Source of the DNA: Tubulanus polymorphus
Lineage: Eukaryota; Animalia; Nemertea
Length of the DNA stretch: 64,000 nt
Reading direction: 5' to 3'
NCBI RefSeq assembly: GCF_964204645.1
Contig: NC_134030.1
Span: 21,908,210-21,972,209, forward strand
Positions within the stretch are counted from its first letter, which is position 1. Every line of letters starts with the position of its first letter. Below are positions 34,331-64,000 of this stretch, one piece after another. Under the pieces are notes generated by a model. The model saw only the letters and a list, made by a program, of their open reading frames with translations, ran no database searches and was not told the origin of the DNA. Made by a program: the position numbers and the translations under genes.

Positions 34331-34834
34331 TCACTTAGAATGGTTTAGTTAGATAGAATAGTTTCACTTTTCTGATATACCGTTTTTTTTTCATTAAGGA
34401 AAAACTCACTTTTTCCTAGACTCACTACACACCAGAGTTTGGTTTACTCCAGACGGTTATACTTGAAATCCATTATGAGTTTGAATTACTGTCCTCATTA
34501 AAAACTTAAGTCCTCACCTCATCAAGTTTTCTTCACTTTTTTGTGAATCGGACCCTGACCTACTAGTCTTCCAGACTTGATGTATATCTGTCTGCGGTAA
34601 AACATTGAACACTTTTAATTTTTGAACACCATTAATTTCCTATTCTTTTTGCATACCGGTAGAGATATTTACATCTTAACAATTGAACACCTCGTCTATA
34701 GAATTTCATAAAAATGCTTGTCGACAAGAGGTTCCCTGTGGAAGAGCGTCGTTGTAAGATGTGTTTAACTGTTTTCTGTAGGTGACGATGATCTGAAGTT
34801 TGTGTCTTTATATCCAGGTAATGAATGAATCAAG

Positions 34835-63604
<28,770 letters not shown>

Positions 63605-64000
63605 GTTTGTAAAACTCTAATTTCTGTAAATGAATTTGACCTGATGTGGCTGCTACACAGGACCGAATTTCATAGATTAGGGTGCAAAATATTCCCCTGG
63701 ACCCAGTTTTATAGACTGGTATTATCTTTAACCCGGGAGTTAACTTAATTGAAATTGAATCAAGTTAGCCTCCAGGTTAAAGATAATACCAGTCTATAAA
63801 ACCGACCCCTTGGCCTTGGAAACTTTTTGAAAATTGTCAGTCATCAACATTATTTCTTAATGTTGCTATGGTGGTTGTCACCATTGTTGAGGATTTTCCC
63901 CAAGAGGATCATCCATTTATTACGTATGCAAAAAATTCAGAAAAAGCCTCGAGTAAGCTGATAATAGTTAGATCGAGTCTATTATGTAGAAAAAGAGTGG

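Overview
AT-rich, intron-rich eukaryotic DNA, probably an invertebrate animal; the species cannot be determined from the sequence. I assembled exons by hand from AG/GT splice signals, because the ORF track misses most of them. The window holds a ~34.5 kb tandem segmental duplication (position 1 corresponds to ~34517) carrying a cluster of Ig-superfamily type I membrane receptors on the + strand. Gene A1 (319-25780; 53 exons, ~1356 aa) has a leader with a furin-type site, four extracellular exons (three Ig-like, one Ig/FN3-like), a TM exon, and a ~870 aa cytoplasmic region. That region is built from 46 symmetric phase-1 micro-exons (12-156 nt, all multiples of 3) and ends in a PDZ-type motif (DTQV*). 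Gene B (28375-31723; 6 exons, ~374 aa) has one Ig domain paralogous to A domain 3, a TM segment and a tail of ~14-aa tyrosine-motif repeats. Gene A2 (34835 to past the window end) is a paralogue of A1. It has a strongly diverged distal Ig domain, a remodelled TM exon, no Cys-rich juxtamembrane exons, and two copies of a 15-micro-exon module. Introns contain VNTRs seeded at splice sites, a Penelope-like GIY-YIG fragment with a hammerhead ribozyme, Harbinger-type MITEs, a Helentron-like element, tRNA-derived SINEs and LINE remnants. The best candidate for an undescribed system is a polymorphic Ig-receptor (immune/allorecognition-like) locus whose intracellular domain is a modular micro-exon cassette. 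All gene models are predictions without transcript support.
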